A DNA stretch of 64,000 bases, from assembly GCA_965203465.1 (NCBI GenBank), contig CBDBCR010000002.1:1-64000 (forward strand), given 5' to 3'. Under the pieces are notes generated by a model, which was not told where the DNA came from, made no database searches, and was given only the letters and a program-made list of their open reading frames with translations. This document shows, piece by piece, positions 9,866 through 19,216 of this stretch. This stretch comes from Nitrosopumilaceae archaeon (GTDB taxonomy: Archaea > Thermoproteota > Nitrososphaeria > Nitrososphaerales > Nitrosopumilaceae). Both the position numbers and the translations under genes were made by a program. The first letter of the stretch is position 1. Each line of letters opens with the position of its first letter.

Positions 9866-9940
9866 CTAGCGCTCCTCGTCTTCCAGGTCCGGCTCGTAGG
9901 CCCTCCTCGAGGGCCTGGTCGGGGTGTAGATGACCGTCAC
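9866..9940 (-). CDS. putative 24-aa microprotein MTVIYTPTRPSRRAYEPDLEDEER
   Basis: GTG start ~25 nt downstream of TTAA box; fills an intergenic gap; GC3-rich codons. Confidence 0.35.
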   Translation of the reverse strand: MTVIYTPTRPSRRAYEPDLEDEER

Positions 9941-10001
9941 CGCTTCGGGGTCGCGGCGCTGCTAGTTAAGTTGCACAGGTCGAAAACATTTGGCCCGGGG
10001 T

Positions 10002-10466
10002 CTAATTCTGTCCTACTTTGCAGGCCGCGCGTATGGAGCGCGAGGAGGCCCACCACGAGGCAAGCAACACCCCGATGGCCGCCGCGCGCAGGGGCAGCTC
10101 GTAGTTTGTCAGGAACGCAGAGGCGGCCGCCCCGGCCGTGCCGAACGCGGAGACCAGGGCCAGCCCCGCCGGGCCGCACCCGCACGAGCCGACCGCGGCC
10201 CCGAGCGCCGAGCCGAAGAACCCGCCGGGCCTGCCAGTGCGGGCCCGGAGGCCGTACACGTTGACCGGTATGACGACAGCCGAAAGGCCGGCCAGCGCCA
10301 CTATCGTGGCCAGGTTGGCCTCGCTGCCGGGCGGCACGTGGCCCACCACGTACGGCTCGAAAAAGACGAACCCCGAGGCCGCCAGCATGGGGATCAGCAT
10401 CGCCGCAAAGACGGCCGCCGCCATCGCGGCGTACGCGGGCTCGGACAGGACCCGGCGCGCGATCAT
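10002..10466 (-). CDS. hypothetical membrane protein with CGC motif, coupled to DsbA-like gene
   Basis: 4 hydrophobic segments, GSCGCGP; start overlaps upstream stop. Confidence 0.75.
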   Translation of the reverse strand: MIARRVLSEPAYAAMAAAVFAAMLIPMLAASGFVFFEPYVVGHVPPGSEANLATIVALAGLSAVVIPVNVYGLRARTGRPGGFFGSALGAAVGSCGCGPAGLALVSAFGTAGAAASAFLTNYELPLRAAAIGVLLASWWASSRSIRAACKVGQN

Positions 10467-11125
10467 CAGGCGACCGACTCTATGGTGCGCTCAAAGACGA
10501 GGTACGGCTGCGCGCCGGATATCTTTTGCTCGCCTCCGGGGCCCACTATGACGAAAGTCGGGGTGCCCGTCACGCCGGCCTTGCGGGCCTCTGCGACGTT
10601 GGACTGCACGCGTTTCGAGTACTTTCCGGAATCCAGGCAGCTGTCGAACTCGCCCTGATCTAGGTTCAGCGCGAACGCGAACGCCTTGAGCCTCTCGACA
10701 GAGGCCCAGCCCCCGTCTATGGTCGATTCCTGCATCTTGTAGAGCATGTCGTGGTACCTCCAGTACTGGCCCTGGTCGTGCGCGCAGTACGTGGCCTGGG
10801 CGGCCTTTGGAGAATCGCGCCCCAGGAACGCCATGTCCACGAAGACCAGGTTGGCCACCCCGGTGTCGATGAACTTTTCCGATATCTGCGGCTTTGAGTT
10901 GTGGAACCAGTTGTAGCACTGGTGGCACTGGTAGTCGCCGAACTCCACGATGGTGACCGGCGCGCCCGGGTCGCCCAGAACCGGCGAGCCCTGCGCGGTC
11001 GAGACGGAGCCGTGCATGCGGGCGACCTCGGCGAGCTGCCCCGGCCCCGAGTACGCGACGGCGGCGGCGACTGCGACAACCGCGGCGGCCACCGCGACGG
11101 CGACGAGCGCGTACTTTGCGTTCAC
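10466..11125 (-). CDS. DsbA/thioredoxin-fold oxidoreductase, membrane-anchored
   Basis: LGDPGAPVTIVEFGDYQCHQC, GVTGTPTF, GAQPY; GTG start at 11125. Confidence 0.92.
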   Translation of the reverse strand: MNAKYALVAVAVAAAVVAVAAAVAYSGPGQLAEVARMHGSVSTAQGSPVLGDPGAPVTIVEFGDYQCHQCYNWFHNSKPQISEKFIDTGVANLVFVDMAFLGRDSPKAAQATYCAHDQGQYWRYHDMLYKMQESTIDGGWASVERLKAFAFALNLDQGEFDSCLDSGKYSKRVQSNVAEARKAGVTGTPTFVIVGPGGEQKISGAQPYLVFERTIESVA

Positions 11126-11266
11126 GCGGGGACGGGCCCCGGCGGGGGTAAAAAGAGTTGCCCCGAATCTCGGGGCCGGTAGGCGGGGCGGCCCGCGTGC
11201 CGGCGATCCGAGCGGGCCGCCCGTGAAACCAAGGTATAATAAATCCCTGTCCGGGGTCGGGGCGTA

Positions 11267-12565
11267 ATGGCTGACAAGGCTCACCTGAACCTGATAGTGA
11301 CGGGCCACATCGACAACGGAAAGTCCACCACCATGGGCCACTTTCTGATGGACTTGGGCGTGGTAGACGAGAGGACCATCGCGGCGCACGCCACCGAGTC
11401 CGAAAAGACCGGCAAGGGCGACACTTTCAAGTACGCGTGGGTCATGGACAACATAAAGGACGAGAGGGAGAGGGGCATCACCATCGACCTTGCGTTCCAA
11501 AAGTTCGAGACGCCAAAGTACTTCTTCACGCTCATCGACGCGCCGGGCCACCGCGACTTTATCAAAAACATGATCACCGGGGCATCCGAGGCCGACGCGG
11601 CCGTGCTGGTGCTCTCGGCCAAAGAGGGAGAGACCGACACCGCGATCGCGGCGGGCGGGCAGGCGCGCGAGCACGCTTTCCTCCTAAAGACGCTGGGCGT
11701 AAACCAGCTCATCGTGGCCATCAACAAGATGGACGACAACAAGTATTCGGAGGACGCCTACAACGCGGCCAAGGAAAAAGGGGAAAAGCTGATAAAATCC
11801 GTCGGGTACAAGGTGGATCAGGTGCCGTTCGTGCCCGTCTCGGGCTGGAAGGGCGACAACTTGGTCAAAAAGTCCGAAAACATGGGCTGGTACAAGGGCA
11901 AGACACTGCTAGAGGCGTTCGACGACTTTGCGGTGCCAGACAAGCCGACCGGCAAGCCGTTGCGCGTCCCCATACAGGATGTCTATACAATAACCGGCGT
12001 GGGGACTGTCCCGGTGGGCAGAGTCGAGACCGGCACCATGAAGCCCAACGACAAGATAATCGTGATGCCTTCGGGCGCCACCGGCGAGATAAAGTCCATC
12101 GAGACGCACCACACCCAGCTTCCGTCGGCCGAGGCCGGCGACAACATCGGGTTCAACCTGAGGGGCATCGAAAAGAAGGACATCAAGAGGGGCGATGTGC
12201 TAGGCACGCCTGATGCTCCGCCCCGCGTGGCAAAAGAGTTCAAGGCGCAGATAATCGTCATACACCACCCCACGGCCATCGCACCAGGCTACACGCCGGT
12301 GATGCACTGCCACACAGCGCAGGTGGCAGCGACGGTCACCGAGTTCCTCTCCAAGATAAACCCGGCCACCGGCGCCAGCGACGAGGAGAATCCAAAATTC
12401 CTCAAGGTCGGAGATTCGGCCGTCGTAAAGATACGCCCCGTCCGACCCACCCCGATAGAGACGTTCCAAGAGTACCCCGAGATGGGAAGGTTCGCGCTGC
12501 GCGACATGGGAGCCACCATCGCCGCTGGCGTCGTCAAGGAAATCACCGAAGAGCACAAGCCCTAG
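11267..12565 (+). CDS. tuf: elongation factor 1-alpha
   Basis: [27 protein letters not shown]. Confidence 0.98.
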   Translation: MADKAHLNLIVTGHIDNGKSTTMGHFLMDLGVVDERTIAAHATESEKTGKGDTFKYAWVMDNIKDERERGITIDLAFQKFETPKYFFTLIDAPGHRDFIKNMITGASEADAAVLVLSAKEGETDTAIAAGGQAREHAFLLKTLGVNQLIVAINKMDDNKYSEDAYNAAKEKGEKLIKSVGYKVDQVPFVPVSGWKGDNLVKKSENMGWYKGKTLLEAFDDFAVPDKPTGKPLRVPIQDVYTITGVGTVPVGRVETGTMKPNDKIIVMPSGATGEIKSIETHHTQLPSAEAGDNIGFNLRGIEKKDIKRGDVLGTPDAPPRVAKEFKAQIIVIHHPTAIAPGYTPVMHCHTAQVAATVTEFLSKINPATGASDEENPKFLKVGDSAVVKIRPVRPTPIETFQEYPEMGRFALRDMGATIAAGVVKEITEEHKP

Positions 12566-12568
12566 GAC

Positions 12569-12868
12569 TTGGCCCGCATAAAGCTTACCAGCACGAGCCT
12601 GCAGTTGCTAGACAAGGCGTGCACCGAGGTCATGGGCATAGGCAAGCGCTCCGGCGTGCGCGTAAAGGGCCCGACCCCGCTGCCGGTCAAGAAACTCCAC
12701 GTGGCCACGCGCAAGTCGCCGTGCGGCAACGGCACCGAGACGTACGAAAAGTGGGAGATGCGCATGCACCGCCGCATAATAGACATCGGCAAGGACGACA
12801 AGGTTCTGCGGCAGATGGCCAGGCTCAACATACCCGACGAAGTCCACATGGAGATATCGCTGACATGA
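12569..12868 (+). CDS. rpsJ: 30S ribosomal protein S10
   Basis: ARIKLTS, GPTPLP, RKSPCGNGTETYEKWEMRMHRR. Confidence 0.96.
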   Translation: MARIKLTSTSLQLLDKACTEVMGIGKRSGVRVKGPTPLPVKKLHVATRKSPCGNGTETYEKWEMRMHRRIIDIGKDDKVLRQMARLNIPDEVHMEISLT

Positions 12869-13038
12869 GCGAAGAGCCCCTGCCCGAATCGCTCGAGGTG
12901 TTTTATTCCTGCCTGCGTTGCGGGACCGATGTCTCCAACGCCGAGCTCAACCGGCTCCCCGAGGTAAAGTGCATATGCGGCTTCCGCGTGTTCACCAAAA
13001 AGCGGCCCGCCGTCGTAAAGACCGTCAGGGCCGTCTAG
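12865..13038 (+). CDS. rpoP: RNA polymerase subunit Rpo12 (P)
   Basis: YSCLRCG...KCICGFRVFTKKRP..VK; ATGA overlap with rpsJ. Confidence 0.9.
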   Translation: MSEEPLPESLEVFYSCLRCGTDVSNAELNRLPEVKCICGFRVFTKKRPAVVKTVRAV

Positions 13039-13448
13039 CCCATCTCGGCCTTTTTCCTGTCCCAGCAGGCCCTGCACAACTGCCCCGAGGCCTTCCACTT
13101 TGGCTTGGGGTTGTAGCGTATCAGGCCCATCTTCGCGCCGCACGACGAGCAGTGGTTGCGCTTTTGGAAAAAGTCCGATTCCTTCCTGTCAAAGCACTCT
13201 TTGCACAGCAGCCCGTCCATGTCCCACTGCCAGCGCGGCTCCCACAGATCCGATATCTTCCTGGTGGTCCCGCACACCTTGCACGGCTGCCTGACTGTGG
13301 CCTCGTAGAACTCTTTGGTCTTGTCTACGTGGCAGTCCCCGCACAGCTTGCCCTTTATGTTCCACTCGCGCTTGGGCTTGTGCTTGTGGCCCAGCTCCCT
13401 CTTGCACACGGCGCAGTACTCTGGGCCGCCGCCGAACAGGCCGGTCAA
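13035..13448 (-). CDS. hypothetical protein with three Cys4 zinc-finger-like repeats
   Basis: 3x CxxC...P.xxW...G.LCxxC. Confidence 0.8.
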   Translation of the reverse strand: MTGLFGGGPEYCAVCKRELGHKHKPKREWNIKGKLCGDCHVDKTKEFYEATVRQPCKVCGTTRKISDLWEPRWQWDMDGLLCKECFDRKESDFFQKRNHCSSCGAKMGLIRYNPKPKWKASGQLCRACWDRKKAEMG

Positions 13449-13626
13449 GGCGCGCGCCCTCCAGACACGGGCCCGGGCGGCCCTGCCCGTCTAAAAGGAT
13501 AACCCGGGCCTCGTCCAAGGCGCGCCGCCGGCGTACAGATCGCGCATCGAGACCCGCGGGGAGGACGTGCGCTTGGCGGGCCGCGGGGCTCGCATCTCGG
13601 ATTTATAAAACGCGCCGTGCGCTGCC

Positions 13627-13905
13627 GTGGCGGTGGCACGAGAACGGCTCTGCGCGAAGGCCATAACGGGCGCTCTTTCCGGCGTGCAGCGCGTGGTGTC
13701 CGTGGCATATGTCAGGCGCGACGACAACTATTGGCTCTTGTTCATAGCTCACTACCGCGACCGCCGGGGCGACATCGCGAGGCAACTGGCCGGCAAGATC
13801 GCGCGCGTGGAGAGATCTCCCTCCATGCCGCTCTTGGACGCGCAGATCCGGCACGTTGGTACGGCGCGCACGCCGCCCGAAGCAAAGGTAATCTTCACGA
13901 GATGA
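13627..13905 (+). CDS. hypothetical protein (possibly degenerate nucleotidyltransferase-like fold)
   Basis: ORF preceded by TTTATAAAA at ~13602. Confidence 0.55.
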   Translation: MAVARERLCAKAITGALSGVQRVVSVAYVRRDDNYWLLFIAHYRDRRGDIARQLAGKIARVERSPSMPLLDAQIRHVGTARTPPEAKVIFTR

Positions 13906-13923
13906 CGCGCTGACGGCCTCGCA

Positions 13924-14161
13924 GTGCCCAAAGCGTATACAACAAAGGCGCCCATGACTTGCCCGTATACTGGAGCATGCCGACTGGCAGATTGCTGTAT
14001 CTTGACGGGCGGCGATCTGGATGCGCTACTGGCGTCGATGCCCGAGGGGTGGATGCCGCCACGGATCCAATACGACAATTTAAAACACGCAATGGCACCG
14101 ACAGGAGAACATCATGGAGAGCATCAATAACGGCGGGGCGCAGTTTGGAGGGATGGACTGA
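13924..14161 (+). pseudogene. probable C-terminal remnant of a HipA-like kinase
   Basis: LDALLASMPEGW motif; continues after a frameshift as RQENIMESINNGGAQFGGMD*, ending 2 nt before the DUF3037 start. Confidence 0.4.
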
Positions 14162-14163
14162 GA

Positions 14164-14952
14164 ATGCCGGTGTTCAGCTACGTGGTGGCCAGGTTCGTGC
14201 CGGACATGGTGAAAAACGAGCCTGTCAACGTGGGGATAATGGTGCAAGACTCCCGGACCGGACTAGTGAAAAGCCGATTCGTGAAAAATTTCCGCACTCT
14301 GGCCTACAGACACCCCGAGACCGACATTTGGGCACTCGAGGAGATTGTCGGGGCGTTCGACAGAGCGGACGGACCGGAATCGGACGGCTACTTGAGACGT
14401 GTCCACGACCACAACAAACACAACTTGCGATTCACGGAACCGCGTGCAGCCGAATCAAACCGAATAGCGGACGCAGTGCAGACTCTGTACTCTAGGCACG
14501 TCGGCATAGACAGAGTCCGGCAACGCCGCGCAGCGACTGGAACGCGTCTTGTCAGCCTGATAAAAAAGGAGATCGCCTTGGCGGGCTTTAATGCCGAGCA
14601 TGTCAAAGTGCGCCCCCGCGTCCGAGGCAAAATAGGGCATTTTACATTCGACTACGGCTTTCAGAACGGCAAAACCGGCGACCTCATGCACTCCATATCC
14701 TTTGCAGGCAGGGCGGCCGCTGCGTACAGGGACGCGAAGGCGCTAGCTGTCAGCTTTGAGGACGCGGCTGCCGCCAACGACGGACTTGAGTGCGTGGCGG
14801 TAATGCGCCCGCCGGAGAGCGACCGTGATCGACGCGAGTTTTACGCGCCCGCAAAAGGGCACCTGAAAGACAAGAAATGCCTCGTCGTCGACGAGCGCGG
14901 AATACGCCCGTCGCTGCTCCGGATACGCAGAAAGACCGAAAGCGACAAGTGA
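14164..14952 (+). CDS. DUF3037 domain-containing protein
   Basis: FSYVVARFVPDMVKNEPVNVGI N-terminus; FTEPR; FDYGFQNG; lower GC. Confidence 0.85.
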   Translation: MPVFSYVVARFVPDMVKNEPVNVGIMVQDSRTGLVKSRFVKNFRTLAYRHPETDIWALEEIVGAFDRADGPESDGYLRRVHDHNKHNLRFTEPRAAESNRIADAVQTLYSRHVGIDRVRQRRAATGTRLVSLIKKEIALAGFNAEHVKVRPRVRGKIGHFTFDYGFQNGKTGDLMHSISFAGRAAAAYRDAKALAVSFEDAAAANDGLECVAVMRPPESDRDRREFYAPAKGHLKDKKCLVVDERGIRPSLLRIRRKTESDK

Positions 14953-14995
14953 GGGCGCCGCCTGAAACCGCTGCGGCAGGCGCCGGATCAAAAAA

Positions 14996-15115
14996 TCAGC
15001 CCAGAATTTCCTGGACGGCCTGTCCCGCATCGACCATGCCGCGCTCTTTTGCAAGGCGCTCGATGGCCCGGTACTGCTCGGGGGTGCAGCACACCGGTAT
15101 GGTTCTCTTTGCCAT
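14996..15115 (-). CDS. 39-aa microprotein MAKRTIPVCCTPEQYRAIERLAKERGMVDAGQAVQEILG (ribbon-helix-helix-like)
   Basis: ATG ~25 nt after ATATTAA box; beta-alpha-alpha pattern; below ORF-track cutoff. Confidence 0.6.
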   Translation of the reverse strand: MAKRTIPVCCTPEQYRAIERLAKERGMVDAGQAVQEILG

Positions 15116-15264
15116 GGCCTCCGTCCGGCGCGTCAGTTAATATCGCTTGCGATCGGGCAGAACGCAGCCGCGCCGGCGCCTTCCGTGCCGCCGGAACAGC
15201 GGCGTGTTCCGGCCCACCGGCGCGGCCGGAACCGTTTTTAGGCCTACCTCGGGGGCCGCCGCGC

Positions 15265-15702
15265 ATGATCGGCGCGTACGTCCGGCTCAACGCCAAGATG
15301 CTGGCCTCGTCTGCGGCCTCGATCCCCAGCTCCGCGTTCATGGCCTCCGTGTTCTCCGGCCTGGAGCCTCACGCGACGGCCACCCTCACCATGCTTTGGG
15401 CGTACGCGGCGTGGTACGCCGCGTTCGTGGCGTTCTCTTGCGTGGAAAAGCGCCGAGGCTCCGGCGGGCTGCGCGCGTACTTTGCCGGCATGGGCGCGCC
15501 GCTGCTCGCGGGGGAGGCCGTCTACGCGGCGGTGCTGTGGTACTTTTACTACCTGCTGCTGCTGTGGGGGTGGGACGCGCCGACCGCATACCTGCTGGTC
15601 AACGCGGCCGCGTACGCCGCGTTCGTGGCGTCGGTCAACGCGGCCGCGAGGCTGGACCTGGCTGGACGGTTTAAATCGCACCGGAGCGCGGGAGCCGCGT
15701 GA
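15265..15702 (+). CDS. hypothetical membrane protein
   Basis: 4 TM-like segments; TTTTTA box ~25 nt upstream. Confidence 0.65.
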   Translation: MIGAYVRLNAKMLASSAASIPSSAFMASVFSGLEPHATATLTMLWAYAAWYAAFVAFSCVEKRRGSGGLRAYFAGMGAPLLAGEAVYAAVLWYFYYLLLLWGWDAPTAYLLVNAAAYAAFVASVNAAARLDLAGRFKSHRSAGAA

Positions 15703-16787
15703 TACCGGGCTGCGCCACCGCGGAGGCCACCTCCGAGTTTGCCCGCTCGTCGGGGGCCCTGCCGGAAAACTACCGCGTCTTTTCCGGGCTGTCGCTCTCC
15801 AACGTCGGCGTGGGGACGTACCTCGGCGCCGAGGACGCGGCCACCGACGAGGCCGTGCGGCGGGCAGTCTCGGATTCGGCGCGCTCGGGCATGAACGTCA
15901 TAGACACGGCGATAAACTACCGCTCGCAGCGCGCCGAGCGCTCGGTGGGCCGGGCCATATCCGATCTTGCGGCCTCTGGGATCCCGCGCGAGTCGCTCTT
16001 CGTGAGCACAAAGTCGGGCTACGTCACGGCCGACTCCGAGGAGGGCCTCGGGTTCTGGGAGTACGTGGAGCGCGAGTACGTCTCTGCCGGCCTGATAGGC
16101 AGGGGCGAGATCACGCCCCAGTACCACTGCGCCTCCGTAAAGTACCTGGAAGACCAGATAGAGAGGAGCAGGCGGAACCTGGGCCTCGAGTGCATAGACC
16201 TTGCGTACCTGCACAACTACGTCGAGGGCCAGTCCGGCTCCGCGGGCGGGGATCGGCTGTCCGAGAACCTCTTTGAGATATTCCAGATGTACGAGCGCAA
16301 GCGCGCCGAGGGGGCCATCAAATACTACGGCATGGCTACCTGGGAGTCGCTGCGCGCGGAGCCGGGCAAGGGCCTGCTGGCGCTGGACGAGGCGGTCTCG
16401 GCGGCAGAGCGGGCCGGCGGCAGCGGCCACGGGCTGCGGTTCGTGCAGCTGCCGTTCAACATGTACTACGATCAGGCGCTGCTGCGCCGCAACCACGCCG
16501 GCGGCACCGAATCTGCCCTGCAGGCGGCGGAGCGCCTCGGCGTGGGCGTGTTCGCGAGCGTGCCGTTCATGCAGGGCCGCCTGCTCTCGGCCGGCACCAT
16601 GCCGGAGTTCGGCGACCTGCCGCCCAACCTCCGGGCGCTCCAGTTCGTGCGCTCGGCGCCGGCCGTCGTGGCCCCGCTAGTGGGCCACAAGGACGCGGCG
16701 CACGTCTCGGACAACTGCCGCATAATGGGCGTGCCGCCCATGGGGGCAGAAGAGTTCGGCCCGCTGGTGAAAAGGCTCGTCTCGTAA
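15699..16787 (+). CDS. aldo/keto reductase
   Basis: GVGTYLG, NVIDTAINYRSQRAE, STKSG, IDLAYLHN, QLPFN. Confidence 0.92.
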   Translation: MIPGCATAEATSEFARSSGALPENYRVFSGLSLSNVGVGTYLGAEDAATDEAVRRAVSDSARSGMNVIDTAINYRSQRAERSVGRAISDLAASGIPRESLFVSTKSGYVTADSEEGLGFWEYVEREYVSAGLIGRGEITPQYHCASVKYLEDQIERSRRNLGLECIDLAYLHNYVEGQSGSAGGDRLSENLFEIFQMYERKRAEGAIKYYGMATWESLRAEPGKGLLALDEAVSAAERAGGSGHGLRFVQLPFNMYYDQALLRRNHAGGTESALQAAERLGVGVFASVPFMQGRLLSAGTMPEFGDLPPNLRALQFVRSAPAVVAPLVGHKDAAHVSDNCRIMGVPPMGAEEFGPLVKRLVS

Positions 16788-16820
16788 TGCCTAAATAGAA
16801 ACCGCCGCGCGAGCCCGCCG

Positions 16821-16961
16821 TTGCCCGTCGATCCGGTCTGCGGAATAGAGCTGGACGAGGATCTTGCCATGGTGCACGAGCACGGCGGCGCAAAGTACTA
16901 CTTTTGCTGCAACGGGTGCAGGCGCATATTCGTCAAAAAGCCCGGCAAGTGGAAGCGCTAG
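16821..16961 (+). CDS. YHS/TRASH domain protein (46 aa)
   Basis: MPVDPVCGIEL...KYYFCCNGCRRIF..KP. Confidence 0.85.
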   Translation: MPVDPVCGIELDEDLAMVHEHGGAKYYFCCNGCRRIFVKKPGKWKR

Positions 16962-18217
16962 CGGAGCTTTCTTGCCCCCTTCGATCCGGAGGCGCACTGC
17001 CCGCACAGCATCCTCTTGAAGAGCAGCATCCTGCGCTCCCAGAACGCGCAGTTCCTGCAGACGGTCTTTTCGCACGCGCCGCACCTGTGGCCGTGGCCGC
17101 CGCGGAACCTGGCCCCGTGGTGTATGCCGCCGCACGAGTTGCACAGGGCGGCCTTTTTGGAGATCTCCGAACCGCACACGCTGCACTTTCCGAGATCGCC
17201 GGAAAAGGCCACGGCGCGCGAGCCGTCGGTGACCACCGCGCAGCCGTACTTTGTGCTCAGGAACGAGACGCTTGCCGCCACTACGGGCAGCCGGGCCTGC
17301 CTTGCGTCGGTAAACCGCACGTCCCTGGCCGAGATGGTGCACTTTTTCCTGTACGTGACGTTGTTTCTGCCCTTCCACGAGACCTCCCTTTCGTACATGC
17401 GGGCCAGGATGCCGGCCGCCGCGCTCTTGGCCTCATCCATCCTGCCCTCGAACGGGGGCCTCTCCAGCGGCGCCTGCGCCTCCGGCTCCGGCGCGTCGGG
17501 CCCGGCCCGGCCGACCGCGCCGATTATCCAGTCGTCGACCGGCCTTCCGCGCGAGTCGAGCATCAGCTCCACGCCGCGCTCGTGCACCGAATGGATCCTG
17601 TACGTGGACGAATCAAAGTCGCGGTCGACGTCGGCCTTTAGGATGTACACCGGCTCCAGGCGCACCGCCTCCACCCTTATGCGCGCCAGCTCCGAGGGCG
17701 GCGATGGGTGGCTCTGCATGTCCGGCACGATGCCGCCCACCGCGCCGCGCACCTCCTCCTCTGGGGCCGCCGGAAAATAGCCGACCGGCTGGTGGCCGTC
17801 GCGCACCAGCCTGATGCGGGCCGAATCGGCCAGGTCTGCAAGCTGCGCGTGCCCGTAAAGCTCGATGGAGGCGCCGGGGAACTCTTTTGCGCACCTGACA
17901 GCGTCCGCCGAGTACCTGCCGGTCGTGACCACTATGCCCCTGACGGCGCCCTCCGAGACCATCGCCGCGTACAGTTTCTGCACCACGGGCCTGCCCACCG
18001 TGCCACGCCAGTGCTTGCATTCGACTACTGTCTTTTCGCCCGAGGGCCCGCGGACGAGCAGGTCCACCCCGCCGTCGCGCACCCCGCCGCGCACCTCGAC
18101 GCGGCCCATTCCCGCCCTCTCGAATATGCGGGCGCACAGGTGCTCAAACTCCCTCCCGTCCATCCCGTCGAGGTGCACGTTTTCGTACGCCAACGGGCAG
18201 CTCGGGCGCCTGTCCAT
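16958..18217 (-). CDS. Mrr-like restriction endonuclease with C-terminal Cys-rich zinc fingers
   Basis: EFEHLCARIF, DGGVDL, VECKHW, VVTTGRYS; five C-terminal CxxC pairs. Confidence 0.85.
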   Translation of the reverse strand: MDRRPSCPLAYENVHLDGMDGREFEHLCARIFERAGMGRVEVRGGVRDGGVDLLVRGPSGEKTVVECKHWRGTVGRPVVQKLYAAMVSEGAVRGIVVTTGRYSADAVRCAKEFPGASIELYGHAQLADLADSARIRLVRDGHQPVGYFPAAPEEEVRGAVGGIVPDMQSHPSPPSELARIRVEAVRLEPVYILKADVDRDFDSSTYRIHSVHERGVELMLDSRGRPVDDWIIGAVGRAGPDAPEPEAQAPLERPPFEGRMDEAKSAAAGILARMYEREVSWKGRNNVTYRKKCTISARDVRFTDARQARLPVVAASVSFLSTKYGCAVVTDGSRAVAFSGDLGKCSVCGSEISKKAALCNSCGGIHHGARFRGGHGHRCGACEKTVCRNCAFWERRMLLFKRMLCGQCASGSKGARKLR

Positions 18218-18235
18218 ATAAACCCGGATTGGGAG

Positions 18236-19141
18236 TCAGAGCGGGAAACGGCCGCACATCCTGCAAAAGCCCGACGCGGGGTGCCCGCAGTCGGGGCACC
18301 CGCCGGCCACCCGCTCGTAGGAGATGCCCCTCCTGGCAAACTCCTCGTAATAGTACAGCGATTCCCTGCTGCGTATGCGCACCCCCCTGGCGAGGGCAGC
18401 GCGCGCCCCGGCGGCAAACTCGGCGTCGCTGTACTCCGATTCGAGCGCCCCGGCGATCGAGGCCGTCCCGGCCCCGTCCTGCATGGGCGTCTTGGGCCTG
18501 TCCAGTATCCGGGCGGGCAGCGCCCCCCCGAAGGCCTCGCGCAGCACGGCCTTGCCCCGCCCGCCGCGCACGTGCAGGCGCGGCTCTATCGCGGAGGCCG
18601 CCTCCCGCACCTCCACGTCCATGAACGGGGCGCACGCCCTCATCCCCAGCGCCCCGGCTATCCTGCCGGCCGGAAAGCGCATGCCGGCAGCCAGGCGGCG
18701 CAGCTGGGCCCCGAGCTCGCGGGGGCGCGCGCGCTCCAGGAAGCGGTACCCGGCGAACAGCTCGTCGGCGCCGTCGCCGGTGAGCAGCGCCGAGGCGCCC
18801 CGTTCTCTGGCGCCCTCGAAGAGCAGCTGCATGGCCGACATGTTGCGTATCTCGATGTCGTTGAAGTTTCTCAGCGCCCCGACGGTGCGGCGCGCGGCCC
18901 GCAGGAGGTCCGCCGCGCCCGCCCGGACAACGACGTGCCTTATGCCGATGTGCTCGGCGGCCTCTCTGGCGAACCCGGCGTCGGGCGCGCCGCACGCGTC
19001 CAGCGTGTACCCCACCGGATCGCTGTCGCGCACGCACCACGCCGCTATGCTGCTGTCCAGCCCGCCCGAAAGGGCCACGTCGGCGGGGCAGCACCTGCGC
19101 GCCGCCGACTCCACCGCGGCAGATACGGAGCGCGCGTCCAC
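18236..19141 (-). CDS. asparagine synthase C-terminal (PP-loop) domain protein
   Basis: LSGGLDSS, TGDGADELFAGY, GKAVLREAF, RPKTPMQDG; C-terminal zinc ribbon. Confidence 0.88.
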   Translation of the reverse strand: MDARSVSAAVESAARRCCPADVALSGGLDSSIAAWCVRDSDPVGYTLDACGAPDAGFAREAAEHIGIRHVVVRAGAADLLRAARRTVGALRNFNDIEIRNMSAMQLLFEGARERGASALLTGDGADELFAGYRFLERARPRELGAQLRRLAAGMRFPAGRIAGALGMRACAPFMDVEVREAASAIEPRLHVRGGRGKAVLREAFGGALPARILDRPKTPMQDGAGTASIAGALESEYSDAEFAAGARAALARGVRIRSRESLYYYEEFARRGISYERVAGGCPDCGHPASGFCRMCGRFPL

Positions 19142-19216
19142 GGCCTTTTCCGGCGCGCGCTGGTATATAGCGTAGGCGCCGCAGACTACTTAAGGGCCGC
19201 CGGGGGCGCGCGGCCC

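Noticed and set aside
11186-11222. 11-bp inverted repeat upstream of the tuf promoter
   Set aside because: An all-GC single-copy stem is plausible by chance at this GC content.
13325-13345. CxxCH (CGDCH) haem-binding motif
   Set aside because: It is part of a repeated Cys4 finger, the His is absent in the other repeats, and there is no signal peptide.
17708-19216. 1328-aa ORF implying a long N-terminal extension of the aminopeptidase
   Set aside because: It is antisense to two real genes; the true start is GTG 19217 after a TTAA box.
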